Origin: an uncultured Spirochaetota bacterium
GTDB taxonomy: Bacteria > Spirochaetota > Spirochaetia > SZUA-6 > CAVTHK01
Length of the DNA: 64,000 nt
Direction: 5' to 3'
Assembly (NCBI GenBank): GCA_963734495.1
Contig: CAVTHK010000016.1
Span: 1-64,000 of the forward strand
Below are positions 1-9,554 of this stretch, in pieces. Made by a program: the position numbers and the translations under genes. The first letter of the stretch is position 1; each line of letters opens with the position of its first letter. The notes under the pieces are model-generated. The model was not told the DNA's origin, searched no databases, and saw only the letters and a list, made by a program, of their open reading frames with translations.

Positions 1-1
1 C

Positions 2-199
2 GATTCGATCTCCATCACTCAGACCGAGCTCAGGAACGCCTGGGACCAGTACAAGATGAAGTTCATCACCGGCGCGCTCGACATCAACAACGACGCGGTC
101 TGGGACGCCTACGTCAAGGACCTCGACCGCCTCGGCATCCAGAAGTGGCTCGAGGTCGCCAACACGGCCTTTGCGAGGTTCAAGGCCATCAAGGACTGA
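2..199 (+). CDS. C-terminal end of an ABC-transporter extracellular solute-binding protein (LplA-like sugar SBP), truncated by the window edge
   Basis: Frame from nt 2 reads DSISITQTELRNAWDQYKMKFITGALDINNDAVWDAYVKDLDRLGIQKWLEVANTAFARFKAIKD*. The FITG..D...WDAYVK.L...G pattern is typical of carbohydrate SBP C-termini, and glycoside hydrolases lie downstream. Confidence 0.7.
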   Translation, partial: DSISITQTELRNAWDQYKMKFITGALDINNDAVWDAYVKDLDRLGIQKWLEVANTAFARFKAIKD

Positions 200-220
200 C
201 GCGCTTCCCATCGTAGCCAT

Positions 221-250
221 GGGTCCCGCCGCACCTTCGCGGCGGGACCC
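221..250 (+). terminator. GC-rich stem-loop after the SBP gene (weak terminator or mRNA-stabilising hairpin)
   Basis: GGGTCCCGCCGC-ACCTTC-GCGGCGGGACCC is a perfect 12-bp stem, followed only by TGTT rather than a long U tract. Confidence 0.55.
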
Positions 251-306
251 TGTTCGCAGCGCGAGCGAAATCCGTCCCGAACGACGCACGAAAAAGGAGA
301 GTCGAC

Positions 307-2427
307 GTGCCAGCCGATAGAGCCGAGTGGATCAGCGGGTTATACAACCGCTTCTATACGAGTCAGCACTACGAGGAATGGGACCCGAGGTTCTTCGAGA
401 AGTACGACCTCGAGTCGTTCAAAGCGGCGTGGGACAAGATGGACCCCGACGTCTACATCCTCACCGCGCGCACGCACAACGGGTTCTGGTTCGCCGACGT
501 GGGCCTGGGGGGCCAGCACAAGAGGCTCAAGGGCATAGACCAGTTCAAGGAGCTATCGGCGCAGGCGCGGCGGAAGAAGAAGCCGGTCGTCGCCTACTTC
601 TCCACGATCTACGACAAGGCTCTCTACGACGAGCACCCGGAGTGGAGGCAGGTCGATCCGTCGGGGCGGCCGATCAACGAGGCGCGGGGCAGCTGGAGCA
701 AGGTCGTCTGCCCGAACAGCCCCTACAAGGAATACCTCATCGCGATGACGCAGCACCTCATCGCGTCACTGCGACTTCGACGGCATCTTCTTCGATATGG
801 TCTTCTTCGAGGCAAAGCCCTGCTACTGCGGGAGCTGCCGGCGCCTGTTCCGTGAGAAGTACAACGCCGAGCTGCCGGAGGTCGAGAACTGGGACGATCC
901 GCTGTACCGCAAGTTCGTCCAGTTCCGCTTCGACACCAACGCCCTGTTCGTAAGGGAGATCCACGAGGCGGTCAAGGCCGCCAACCCCCAGGTCGCCACG
1001 GCGGTCCAGTACGTGCTGCTCAAAGGCAGCGAGCGGCTGCCGGGCCAGAGCCTGGCCCTGGGCCGGATCGCCGGACTACATGCTACTCGGACGTCTACTT
1101 TCGCCAGGGCTACCTGCCGATGAGCGTCTGCACCAAGGCGACCGCAGCGGTGAGCCGCTACCGCCCCGAGATCGGCATCATGACGCGCCCGGGATCGCAC
1201 AACGACACCCCGAACATGAAGAGCCTGGACCACGTGCGCGCCGAGGCCTTTACCGTGATCGCCAACGGCGGGGCGATCATGTACTTCGACATCATGTGGG
1301 CCGACGGCACGATCCACGAGGCGATGTGGCAGCGCATCCGCAAGGTGATGGACGAGGTCGCGCAGCGCCGGCCGTGGCTGGGCGGCGACCCCGTGCGCAG
1401 CGTGGCCGTCTTCTACTCGGAGAAGTCGCGGATCTGGTACGGGCGCTCCGCCGTCGCCGAGCGGTACGACGCCAACTTCTTCGGCGCCTGCCGTGCCCTC
1501 ACCGAGGAGCACATCCCCTACAACATCATCGTGAGCCTGGACGAGGCCTCGCTCAAAGGCTACCAGGCGGTTGTCCTTCCGAACGCGGCCTGCATGAGCG
1601 CGGCCGAGGCTGAGGCGCTGAGGGCCTACGTCCGCGGGGGCGGGGGGATCGTCTGCACCGACAGGACCTCGCTCTGGGACGAGAGCGGCGCGCCGCTCGA
1701 GGAGTACCGGCTCGCCGACGTCTTTGGGCTGCGCCACGTCGGGGACACCGGCGCCTACACCCGCGTGTACAGCCGCTACGACGTGGCGGCCGACATCGCG
1801 AGGCGCCTGCCCGCCGACGGCCTGGTCACGAGCTGGGGCGCCGTGCAGAAGGTCGAGGTCACGACGGGCGAGGCCCGCGCCACCGTGGTGTTCCCGTACA
1901 CCGAGCCCACGGGCGACCGCTTCGTCAACATCATGGCCAACCCGCCCTCGGTGGCGAGCCCGTGGCCGGCCTGCGTGGCCAACAAGTTCGGCCGCGGCAA
2001 GGCGGTCTACTTCGGCTCGGGGATCGACAAGGACTACCTCAAGCTGAGCTTCCCCGAGCTCAAGTGGCTCATCGCCGACGCCGTGCGTTCGGTCATGTCA
2101 GGCGAGCCAGCGCTGTCGCTGGTCGCGCCGATGAGCGTCGAGCTCACGGCCTACGAGCGCGAAGGCGGAAAGCAGCTCGTCGCTCACCTCGTGAACTTCC
2201 AGCCGGAAAATGGCAAGGACATCGTCGAGGGCGATCAGGCGAGCAGGCACCAGATCCAGGAAATCCTCCCTGTCTACGATCTCGAGCTCACGGTCCGGAT
2301 GGACGGTGTCAAGAAAGTGACGCAGCAGCCGGAAGGGCGGGAGCTCGCGTTTGCGAAGAACGGGCCTGCGGTCAAGGTCAAGATCCCGCGGCTCGACTGT
2401 CACTCGATGATCGTGCTGGAGAAATAG
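307..2427 (+). CDS. GHL6/GH42-like glycoside hydrolase with beta-galactosidase trimerisation-type domain, copy 1 (frameshifted near 768 and 1070-1085, probably sequencing errors)
   Basis: ORF pieces 307-855, 797-1123 and 1120-2427 join into a full-length paralogue of 2918-5026. Shared motifs: RTHNGFWF, HPEWRQVD, VC.NSPY, DGIFFDM, PCYCGSCRR, VLPNAACMS. RBS AAGGAG precedes the GTG start. Confidence 0.75.
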
Positions 2428-2487
2428 CGCGCGGGGCCGCGGCCGGGGCGGACCCGTCTGCCGCGCCTTGCGAAAAGGAGGCAACTC

Positions 2488-2883
2488 GTGAAGGTCGTAA
2501 AGGCGTGGGAAGAAAAGGGCGTATTGATAGGCGCGCCGTACCGGCGCGAGATCAAGGTGATCCTTGCGCCGGACAAGCACGGGGTCAAGGAACTGACGTT
2601 CGTGCAGGCGATCCTCCATCCCGGATCGCAGACGGACTACCACATCCACGACCGGCCGGAGCTGATCACCATCGTCACAGGGCGCGGCGTTGCCGTTTGC
2701 GAAGGCAAGGAGACCGCGATCGAGCCGGACATGGTGCTCTTTATGGAGGCCGGGGAGAAGCATCAGATCAAGAACACCGGACCCGAGACCATGAAGCTCG
2801 CCAACGTGTTCGTTCCCGCGATCACCGAAGCCGAGACCGTGGGCCCGAGGCTGAAGGCGGCGGCGGAAGCGACCAGACGTTGA
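2488..2883 (+). CDS. Cupin domain protein (Cupin_2-like, metal-binding)
   Basis: HIHDRPELITIVTG and GEKHQIKN cupin motifs; RBS AGGAGG. Confidence 0.8.
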   Translation: MKVVKAWEEKGVLIGAPYRREIKVILAPDKHGVKELTFVQAILHPGSQTDYHIHDRPELITIVTGRGVAVCEGKETAIEPDMVLFMEAGEKHQIKNTGPETMKLANVFVPAITEAETVGPRLKAAAEATRR

Positions 2884-2917
2884 CAGCGGCCGACAGGGAG
2901 CCGGAGGAGCGTGAGAG

Positions 2918-5026
2918 ATGGTGAGCGGCAACTGGGTTGATGGCGCCTACACGCGGCTGTACGTGAGCCAGCACTACGAGGCGTGGGACCCGCGTTTTCT
3001 CGAAAGGTACGACGTCGGGGAGCTGATCCGCATCGTCGACAGCACGGATCCCGACCTGATGCTGGCCACCTCCCGCACGCACAACGGCTTCTGGTTCTGC
3101 GACGTGGGGTGGGGCGAGCACCACCCGCGCCTGAAGGGCGTGGATCAGCTCGACGCCCTGATCCGGCATTTCCACGCCAAGGGCAAGCCCGTGATCGCCT
3201 ACTTCTCCACTGTCTACGACAAGGCGCTCTACGACATGCACCCGGAGTGGCGGCAGGTCGACCCGCAGGGTGTGCCCGTTTCCGGGATCGGGCGCAGCTG
3301 GGGCAAGGTCGTGTGCCTGAACAGCCCGTACCGGGAGTACCTGCAGGCCATGATCCGGCAGCTTCTGGCGACGCACGACCTCGACGGGATCTTCTTCGAC
3401 ATGACGTTCTTCGAGCCGCGCCCCTGCTACTGCGGGAGCTGCCGGCGGATGTTCCGCGAGAAGTACGGCGCGGAGCCGCCGGAAAAGGAGGACTGGGACG
3501 ACCCGCTGTTCCGCAGGTTCGTGCAGTTCCGGCTCGACTCCAACTTCACCTTCGTCAAAGAAACCTGCGATGCGGTCAAGGCCGTCAACCCCGCCCTGAC
3601 GACGAGCGTGCAGTACCCGCTGATGAACGGCGCGTCGCCGTACGGGCGCGGGCTCGACATCGCCCAGGTGCCGGACTACCTGTATCTCGACGTCTATTTC
3701 CGGTCCGGCTACCTGCGGCGGAACGTGTGCACCAGGCTGGTGGCGTCCCTGAGCCGGCACGTCCCGGAGCTCAGCATCGTGACGCGGCCGGGGTCGCACA
3801 ACGACGCGCCCAACATGAAGAGCCTGGACCATCTGCGCGCCGATGCCTTTGGCGTCATCGCCAACGGCGGAGCCGTGCAGTTCTTCGACATCATGTGGGC
3901 CGACGGCACACTGCAGAAGCCGATGTGGGACCGGGTCCGGCAGGTCTTTGCCGAGGTCAAGACCAGGGAGCCCTGGCTGGGGGGCGTCCCCCTCGCCGAT
4001 GTCTCCGTGTTCTACTCGGAGAAGTCGCGCATCTGGCACGGCCGCTCCGACGCCGGCGAGCGGTATGACGCGAACTTTTTCGGCGTTTGCCGGGCGCTGA
4101 CCGAGGAGCACATACCCTACAACGTCGTCACGCGACTCGATGAGGCCGCCGTCAAGGGCAGCCGCGTGCTGGTGCTCCCCAACGCGGCCTGCATGAGCGA
4201 AGCGGAGGCTGAGGCCGTGCGCGGGCACGTGCGCCGCGGCGGGGGCCTGGTCTGCACGGACCGCACGTCGCTGCTCGACGAGCAGGGGGACCCGCTGCGG
4301 GACTATCGCCTGGCCGACGTCCTGGGCGTCAGACACGTCGGAGCCACGGGCAGCTACAGCCGGGCCTACAGCCGCTATGACACGGACGCGCCGATCGCGA
4401 AGCGATTGCCCGGGGACGGCCTTGTGACGAGCTGGGGCGCGCTGCAGAAGGTCGATCTTCTGGGCGGCAAGGCGCTGGCCAGCGTCGCCTTCCCCTATAC
4501 GGAACCGACCGGTGAACGTTTCGTGAACATCATGGCCAACCCGCCGGCAGTGCCGAGCCGGTGGCCGGCCTGCGTGCTGAACGGGTATGGGAAAGGAAAG
4601 GCGATCTACTTCGCTTCCGCCATCGACAAAGACTACCTGCGGTTGAGCTTTCCGGAGCTGAAGTGGCTGCTGGCCGACGCCGTGCGCCACGTCATGAGCG
4701 GACGGCCCGGGCTCGAGCTGAACGCCCCGATGTCCGTGGAGATGACCGCCTGCGAGCGCGAAGGCGGAAAGCAGGTCGTCGTGCACCTGGTCAACTTCCA
4801 GCCGGAGAACGGCAGAGACATAGTCAGCCCCGGCTGCGAGAGCCGCCACGTGATCCAGGAGATCCTGCCGGTGCGCGACCTCCAGCTCACGGTTCGCCTC
4901 GGCAGCGTTAAGAAAGCGACGCTGCAGCCGGAGGGACAGGCGTTGCAGCTTTCCCGCAGCGGCGACGAGGCCAGGATCACCATCCCTCAGCTTCGCTGCC
5001 ACTCGATGGTGGTGCTCGAAAAATGA
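2918..5026 (+). CDS. GHL6/GH42-like glycoside hydrolase with beta-galactosidase trimerisation-type domain, copy 2 (intact, 702 aa)
   Basis: TIM-barrel-type N-terminus with HPEWRQ, CLNSPY, DGIFFDM and CYCxxC Zn motif; GATase-like middle domain (EEHIPYNVV, VLVLPNAACMS). Confidence 0.75.
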   Translation: MVSGNWVDGAYTRLYVSQHYEAWDPRFLERYDVGELIRIVDSTDPDLMLATSRTHNGFWFCDVGWGEHHPRLKGVDQLDALIRHFHAKGKPVIAYFSTVYDKALYDMHPEWRQVDPQGVPVSGIGRSWGKVVCLNSPYREYLQAMIRQLLATHDLDGIFFDMTFFEPRPCYCGSCRRMFREKYGAEPPEKEDWDDPLFRRFVQFRLDSNFTFVKETCDAVKAVNPALTTSVQYPLMNGASPYGRGLDIAQVPDYLYLDVYFRSGYLRRNVCTRLVASLSRHVPELSIVTRPGSHNDAPNMKSLDHLRADAFGVIANGGAVQFFDIMWADGTLQKPMWDRVRQVFAEVKTREPWLGGVPLADVSVFYSEKSRIWHGRSDAGERYDANFFGVCRALTEEHIPYNVVTRLDEAAVKGSRVLVLPNAACMSEAEAEAVRGHVRRGGGLVCTDRTSLLDEQGDPLRDYRLADVLGVRHVGATGSYSRAYSRYDTDAPIAKRLPGDGLVTSWGALQKVDLLGGKALASVAFPYTEPTGERFVNIMANPPAVPSRWPACVLNGYGKGKAIYFASAIDKDYLRLSFPELKWLLADAVRHVMSGRPGLELNAPMSVEMTACEREGGKQVVVHLVNFQPENGRDIVSPGCESRHVIQEILPVRDLQLTVRLGSVKKATLQPEGQALQLSRSGDEARITIPQLRCHSMVVLEK

Positions 5027-5847
5027 GCACGACCATCCGGGATCTCGCGCGAACGGGCAACCTTCTCCGCCAGGACGTGCTGACCATGGTGCACCAGGCC
5101 GGGGACGGTCATCCGGGCCCTGCGCTCTCGGCAGCCGATATCGTCGCTGTCCTGTACTTCGAGGTCCTGCGCATCGACCCGGCGCATCCGGCCTGGCCGC
5201 AGCGCGACCGCTTCATCCTGTCCAAGGGTCACGCCTGCCCCGTGGTCTACGCCGCGCTGGCGCGGCGCGGCTACTTCGATCCCGCGCTCCTCCGCACCCT
5301 GCGGAGCCTCGGCTCGATCCTCCAGGGCCACCCGGTGCTGGGAAAAACGCCCGGCATCGACATGACGACGGGCTCGCTGGGCCATGGGCTGGCTGTCGGG
5401 ACCGGGATGGCGCTGGCCGGCCGGATGAAGGGCCTGGACTACCACGTCTTTGTCGTACTGGGTGACGGCGAGCTCAACGAAGGGATCGTATGGGAAGGAG
5501 CCCAGGTCGCGGCCAATCAGAAGGCCGGCCGCCTCATCGCCTTCGTTGACCACAACGGCTTCCAGAGCGGAGGATTGTTGAAGGACGTCAGCGGCATGGG
5601 GGAGATCGCGGCGAAGTTCGCGGCCTTCGGGTGGCACACGCAGGAGATCGACGGTCACGACGTCGCCCGGATCCTGTCGGCGGTGGAGGCGGCGAAAAGA
5701 GACCCGCGACCGTCGCTGATCGTGGCGCGGACCGTCAAAGGGAAGGGCGTGCCGTTCATGGAGCGCGACAACAGCTGGCACAAGCGTGTGCCGACCCGGG
5801 AGGAGCTGGAGGCCGCGATAGGATTCCTGGAGGCCGCCAATGGCTGA
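5023..5847 (+). CDS. Transketolase, N-terminal ThDP-binding subunit (split transketolase)
   Basis: GHPG, LSKGHA, LQGHP, GSLGHG and GDGE-x-NEGxxWE...DHN ThDP motifs; start overlaps the upstream stop (ATGA). Confidence 0.92.
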   Translation: MSTTIRDLARTGNLLRQDVLTMVHQAGDGHPGPALSAADIVAVLYFEVLRIDPAHPAWPQRDRFILSKGHACPVVYAALARRGYFDPALLRTLRSLGSILQGHPVLGKTPGIDMTTGSLGHGLAVGTGMALAGRMKGLDYHVFVVLGDGELNEGIVWEGAQVAANQKAGRLIAFVDHNGFQSGGLLKDVSGMGEIAAKFAAFGWHTQEIDGHDVARILSAVEAAKRDPRPSLIVARTVKGKGVPFMERDNSWHKRVPTREELEAAIGFLEAANG

Positions 5848-6781
5848 AATGGCGAGCACGCGCGAAGCGTTCGTCGATGCCCTGATGGAGCTGGCGGGAG
5901 CCGATGAGTCGGTCGCGCTGGTGTCGGCCGATTCGCTGAAAGCGCTGCGGGCCACGCGGTTCGCCGAAGCGTATCCGGAGCGCCTGTTCGAGGTCGGCAT
6001 TGCCGAGCAGAGCGCCGTGGCGGTGGCCGCGGGGCTGGCTGCGTGCGGCGTGCTCCCCTTTGTGGGCACCTACTCGGGATTCATCACGATGAGGGCCTGC
6101 GAGCAGGTGCGCACGTTTGTCGCTTACCCGAAACTGCCCGTCAAGTTCGTGGGGCTCAATGGCGGGCTCTACGGCGGGGAGCGCGAAGGGGTGACGCACC
6201 AGTTCTTCGAGGACCTCGGGATTCTGCGCAGCATCCCCGGCATCGACGTGGTGGTGCCCGCCGACGCGGCCGAGGCCCGCCTTGCGACGCTGGCCCTGGC
6301 CCGTCGGCCGGGCCCGGGGTTTCTGCGCATCGGCAGCGGAAGGGAGCCGGTCATCTTTGGCTCCGACCTCGCTTTCGAGCTCGGCAAGGTCCGCGTGATG
6401 CGCGATTACGGGGTCGACGTGGCGGTGTTCGCCTGCGGGCCCATTCTCAAGCGCGCGCTCGAGGCGGCCGACAGCCTCAAGGGCGAGATCGACGCGACCG
6501 TCGTCGAGGTGCACACGCTCAAGCCTCTGGACGGCGCCGCGGTGGCCGGCATTCTCGGCCGCACGGGCGCGGCCGTCACGGTCGAAGACCACAACGTCAT
6601 CGGCGGCCTGGGCAGCGCCATCGCCGAGACGGCCGCCGAGCTGTGCCCCGTGCCGCTGGTGCGAGTCGGGCTCCGGGACACCTACCCGGAGTCGGGCGAG
6701 GCCGAAGCTCTCCTGGACAGGTACTCCATGGGCGTCAAGGACATCGCGGCCGCGATGCGCGAGGCGGCGCGCCGGAAGTAG
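5840..6781 (+). CDS. Transketolase, C-terminal subunit (pyrimidine-binding plus C domain)
   Basis: EVGIAEQ, RACEQVR, THQ, TLKPLD and EDHNVIGGLGS motifs. Confidence 0.92.
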   Translation: MAEMASTREAFVDALMELAGADESVALVSADSLKALRATRFAEAYPERLFEVGIAEQSAVAVAAGLAACGVLPFVGTYSGFITMRACEQVRTFVAYPKLPVKFVGLNGGLYGGEREGVTHQFFEDLGILRSIPGIDVVVPADAAEARLATLALARRPGPGFLRIGSGREPVIFGSDLAFELGKVRVMRDYGVDVAVFACGPILKRALEAADSLKGEIDATVVEVHTLKPLDGAAVAGILGRTGAAVTVEDHNVIGGLGSAIAETAAELCPVPLVRVGLRDTYPESGEAEALLDRYSMGVKDIAAAMREAARRK

Positions 6782-6790
6782 GAGGCTGGC

Positions 6791-7606
6791 ATGGACGAGC
6801 TCATCATCTGCGTCGCGCCGTACCCCAGCGAGCACCAGGACGAGAAGTTTTCCGGCCGCATGGACGTGGCCCGCGAGGTGATCCGCTGCCACGACAGCGG
6901 GGCATCGATCGCCCACCTGCACGTGCGCGACGAGGACGGCAACCAGGTGACCGACACGCAGTGGTTCGCGCGCGACGTCCGGCGGATCAAGGAATCGTGC
7001 CCGATCATCATCGAAGGCTCCACCGGCGGCGCGCCCGAGCACACGCTGGCGCAGCGGTGCGTTTCGTTCACGGTGGCCGGTGTGGACATGGGCTCGCTCA
7101 ACCTGGGGTCCGTGAACATGTTCGGCGGCGTCTTCCAGAACTCCTGGCCGGACATGCGCTATTACGCGAGCGAGCTGCGCAAGCGCGGGCTGAGGCCGTA
7201 TCTCGACGTGTTCGATCTCTCCCACTTCAGCAGCGTGGCCAGGCTGGAAAAGGAGGGCCTGCTGTCGGCCCCCTACGTGTTCGGGTTTGTTCTTGACACC
7301 CCGGACACGCTGCCGTACAGCGATCGCTACCTTGCGATGTTCAAGGCCGAGCTGCCGGCGGCCAGCACGTGGTTCCTCCACAGGCATCAGCCCGTGGGCT
7401 CGCGCGGATTCCTGAGCGCCATGGAGATGGGCGGCCACGTCCGCGTGGGGTTCGAGAACGGGCCATTCTTGAGCGACGGCAGGCGCGCTCGCTCCAACGC
7501 GGAGCTCGTCGACGACATCGTCGAGGCGGCGCGCCGCGTCGGGCGCAACGTCGTGGGGCCTGACCGCGCTCGCGAGATCATGGGCCTGCCTCCGCGGTCC
7601 AGGTGA
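6791..7606 (+). CDS. Beta-keto acid cleavage enzyme (BKACE/DUF849, Kce-like)
   Basis: GASIAHLHVRD, STGG, SLNLGS, GGHVRVGFEN and SNAELV motifs; the His-x-His plus Glu Zn ligands are retained. Confidence 0.88.
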   Translation: MDELIICVAPYPSEHQDEKFSGRMDVAREVIRCHDSGASIAHLHVRDEDGNQVTDTQWFARDVRRIKESCPIIIEGSTGGAPEHTLAQRCVSFTVAGVDMGSLNLGSVNMFGGVFQNSWPDMRYYASELRKRGLRPYLDVFDLSHFSSVARLEKEGLLSAPYVFGFVLDTPDTLPYSDRYLAMFKAELPAASTWFLHRHQPVGSRGFLSAMEMGGHVRVGFENGPFLSDGRRARSNAELVDDIVEAARRVGRNVVGPDRAREIMGLPPRSR

Positions 7607-9288
7607 CCGCCGCCGCCACGAGCGCCATGACGGACAGATCAGTCCCGAAGTGGGAGATCTTCGAAGAGTCGTTTGCGAGCGAGCGGCGCTGCGACAACCC
7701 GTTCACGGACGTGAGCCTCACCGTCGTCTTCGACGGCCCCGACCGGCGTCTCTGGATCGAAGGCTTCTACGACGGCGCGGAGGGCAGCGAGGAAGTCTGG
7801 CGCGTGCGCTTCGCCCCGCCCGTCGAGGGGCGCTGGCGCTGGCGCACCGTGTCCGACGACCCGGCCCTCGACGGCAGGAGCGGCGTGTTCGCGTGCACCG
7901 CGCCCGTCTCGCGTGGCCCCCTCGCGGTCGACCCGCAGTTCCCCAACTGGTTCTTCCGCGCCGACGGCAGGCCCTTCTTCGTCGTCAACGACGGATGGTG
8001 GCCGCACCCCGGCTTCGGCAACAGGAGCGAGCACGGCGATCTGAAGTACGGCTACCCGAGCGAGGCGGACGTGCGCGCCTACCTCGACACCCTCGGCCGC
8101 TACGGCGTGAACACCTTCATTCTGGTGACTCAGATTTACGCGCGCCAGGACTTCATCACCGACTCTTCGTTCGCCTGGCCGTGGAAGGTGGTGGACGCGA
8201 AGGCGAACCGGATCGACCGGGAGCGCTTCAACCTCGACTACTACCGCAGGCTCGACCGCACGATCGGCTACGCGAAGGAGAAGGGGATCTTCTACGGGCT
8301 GGAGCTGCTGTACGACAACTCGGTGTGGCGGCAGCTCGAGTGGTCGCACCACCCGCTGAACGCGGCCAACGGCGGGTGGCTGGAGGACAGCGATCGCGAC
8401 GGGACGGGATTCGCCGAGATGTTCGATCTGGGCAACCGCACTCACGTCGAGTACATAGGCCGCTACGTGGCCTACACGGTGGCGCGGCTTTCGGCGTACT
8501 GGAACCTGTGGTGGGCGCTGGGAGCGGAGTGCGGGAACATCGACCGGCCCGGTGCTGCGCGGCACGCGGCGTGGTACGGGCACTGGGGCGACTACCTGGC
8601 TGCGCGGGACCCGCACGGGCGGTTGCAGGCGATCGGGGACACGGGGGAGTGCGCGGAGCTGGTGCGGCACAGCAGGAACAACATCATGATCACGCAGGAG
8701 CACACGACGATGGATGACCCGGTGCTGTTCTGCGCGAACCTGAACCGGTTCGGGGAGCGGTTCTGGGGCTACGACCGGCCGGCGATCATCGGGGAGCAGG
8801 ACCGGTTCAACAACAACCGCTACGGCTGGGAGCGGCGCGGGTACTGGGTGGCGCTGGCGAGCGGGTTCATGATGGGGCGCGTGGACCGTCACTATCCGGT
8901 GGCCGACGGGAAGAGGCTGTACGAGTCGAAGCTGTTCGCTCTTGCGGGCGACCCTCCGATCTACGCGGACCTCGCGCGGATGGCCGAGCTCATCGAGAAG
9001 GCTGGGGTGGCGTGGTGGCGGATGGAGCCTTCGGATGGGCTGCTGGTGGAAGCGAGCAACCTGGTGTACTGCCTTGCGGAGGCGGGGCGGGAGTACCTGG
9101 TGTACTACGCGGCGGGCGGGAGCGCTGGGCTGCGGCTGGCGGCGGGACCGTTTGAGGTGAGCTGGCTCAACCCGCGCACGGGGGAGACGAGCGAGCGGCC
9201 TGCGGTGGCGGGAGGGGGGCTGGAGCGGTTCGCGGCCCCCGATGCGGAGGACTGGGTGCTGCACGTCGTGCACGAGCGGCTGCGATGA
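7603..9288 (+). CDS. DUF5060 + DUF4038 (apiosidase-like catalytic) + C-terminal putative collagen-binding domain protein; probable glycoside hydrolase
   Basis: N-terminal NPFTDV...GFYDG...WRVRFAP..EGRW (DUF5060); FFRADGRPFF, YYRRLD, VARLSAYWNLWWALGAE catalytic barrel; C-terminal GREYLVY, WLNPRTGE and DWVLHV. Confidence 0.75.
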   Translation: MTAAATSAMTDRSVPKWEIFEESFASERRCDNPFTDVSLTVVFDGPDRRLWIEGFYDGAEGSEEVWRVRFAPPVEGRWRWRTVSDDPALDGRSGVFACTAPVSRGPLAVDPQFPNWFFRADGRPFFVVNDGWWPHPGFGNRSEHGDLKYGYPSEADVRAYLDTLGRYGVNTFILVTQIYARQDFITDSSFAWPWKVVDAKANRIDRERFNLDYYRRLDRTIGYAKEKGIFYGLELLYDNSVWRQLEWSHHPLNAANGGWLEDSDRDGTGFAEMFDLGNRTHVEYIGRYVAYTVARLSAYWNLWWALGAECGNIDRPGAARHAAWYGHWGDYLAARDPHGRLQAIGDTGECAELVRHSRNNIMITQEHTTMDDPVLFCANLNRFGERFWGYDRPAIIGEQDRFNNNRYGWERRGYWVALASGFMMGRVDRHYPVADGKRLYESKLFALAGDPPIYADLARMAELIEKAGVAWWRMEPSDGLLVEASNLVYCLAEAGREYLVYYAAGGSAGLRLAAGPFEVSWLNPRTGETSERPAVAGGGLERFAAPDAEDWVLHVVHERLR

Positions 9289-9319
9289 CGTATGGCGAAT
9301 TGCACGTATGGCGAATTGC
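9288..9319 (+). repeat. Perfect 16-bp tandem duplication directly upstream of the leuA promoter
   Basis: ACGTATGGCGAATTGC at 9288-9303 and 9304-9319. Confidence 0.9.
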
Positions 9320-9321
9320 GG

Positions 9322-9350
9322 TTGACATTCGAGCGGCGGCAAAGTAGACT
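9322..9350 (+). promoter_or_regulatory. Sigma-70 promoter of the leuA leader
   Basis: TTGACA (9322-9327), 17 nt, TAGACT (9345-9350). Confidence 0.75.
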
Positions 9351-9392
9351 CTCGCCAATGTTGCCCGGACGGCCGGGCCACAAGGTGAACCG

Positions 9393-9491
9393 TTGAACAG
9401 CAGAAACCTGCTTAGCCTGAGCCTTCTTCTCGCCCTTCTCAGCCCCGGGATGCCGGGGAAATCGGTGGGGCGGAGGCCGCCGGCGAGTTGA
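9393..9491 (+). CDS. leuL: Leucine-rich attenuator leader peptide (32 aa)
   Basis: AAGGTG RBS, TTG start, MNSRNLLSLSLLLALLSPGMPGKSVGRRPPAS*; 8 Leu in 11 codons, four of them CTT. Confidence 0.8.
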   Translation: MNSRNLLSLSLLLALLSPGMPGKSVGRRPPAS

Positions 9492-9514
9492 CGGTCACCG
9501 CATGCAACGGGCAT

Positions 9515-9554
9515 AAAAGCCCGCCGCCGATTTCCTCGGCGGCGGGCTTTTTTT
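9515..9554 (+). terminator. Intrinsic terminator (attenuator) upstream of leuA
   Basis: AAAAGCCCGCCGCCGA-TTTCC-TCGGCGGCGGGC-TTTTTTT; a competing antiterminator can form from 9457-9468 (GGAAATCGGTGG) with 9524-9535 (CCGCCGATTTCC). Confidence 0.9.

Noticed and set aside
307..2427. Treating GH copy 1, leuA, glnE or uap as pseudogenes or programmed-frameshift genes
   Set aside because: The same error type hits essential ribosomal genes, coding conservation continues across each break, and no consistent slippery sequence is present.
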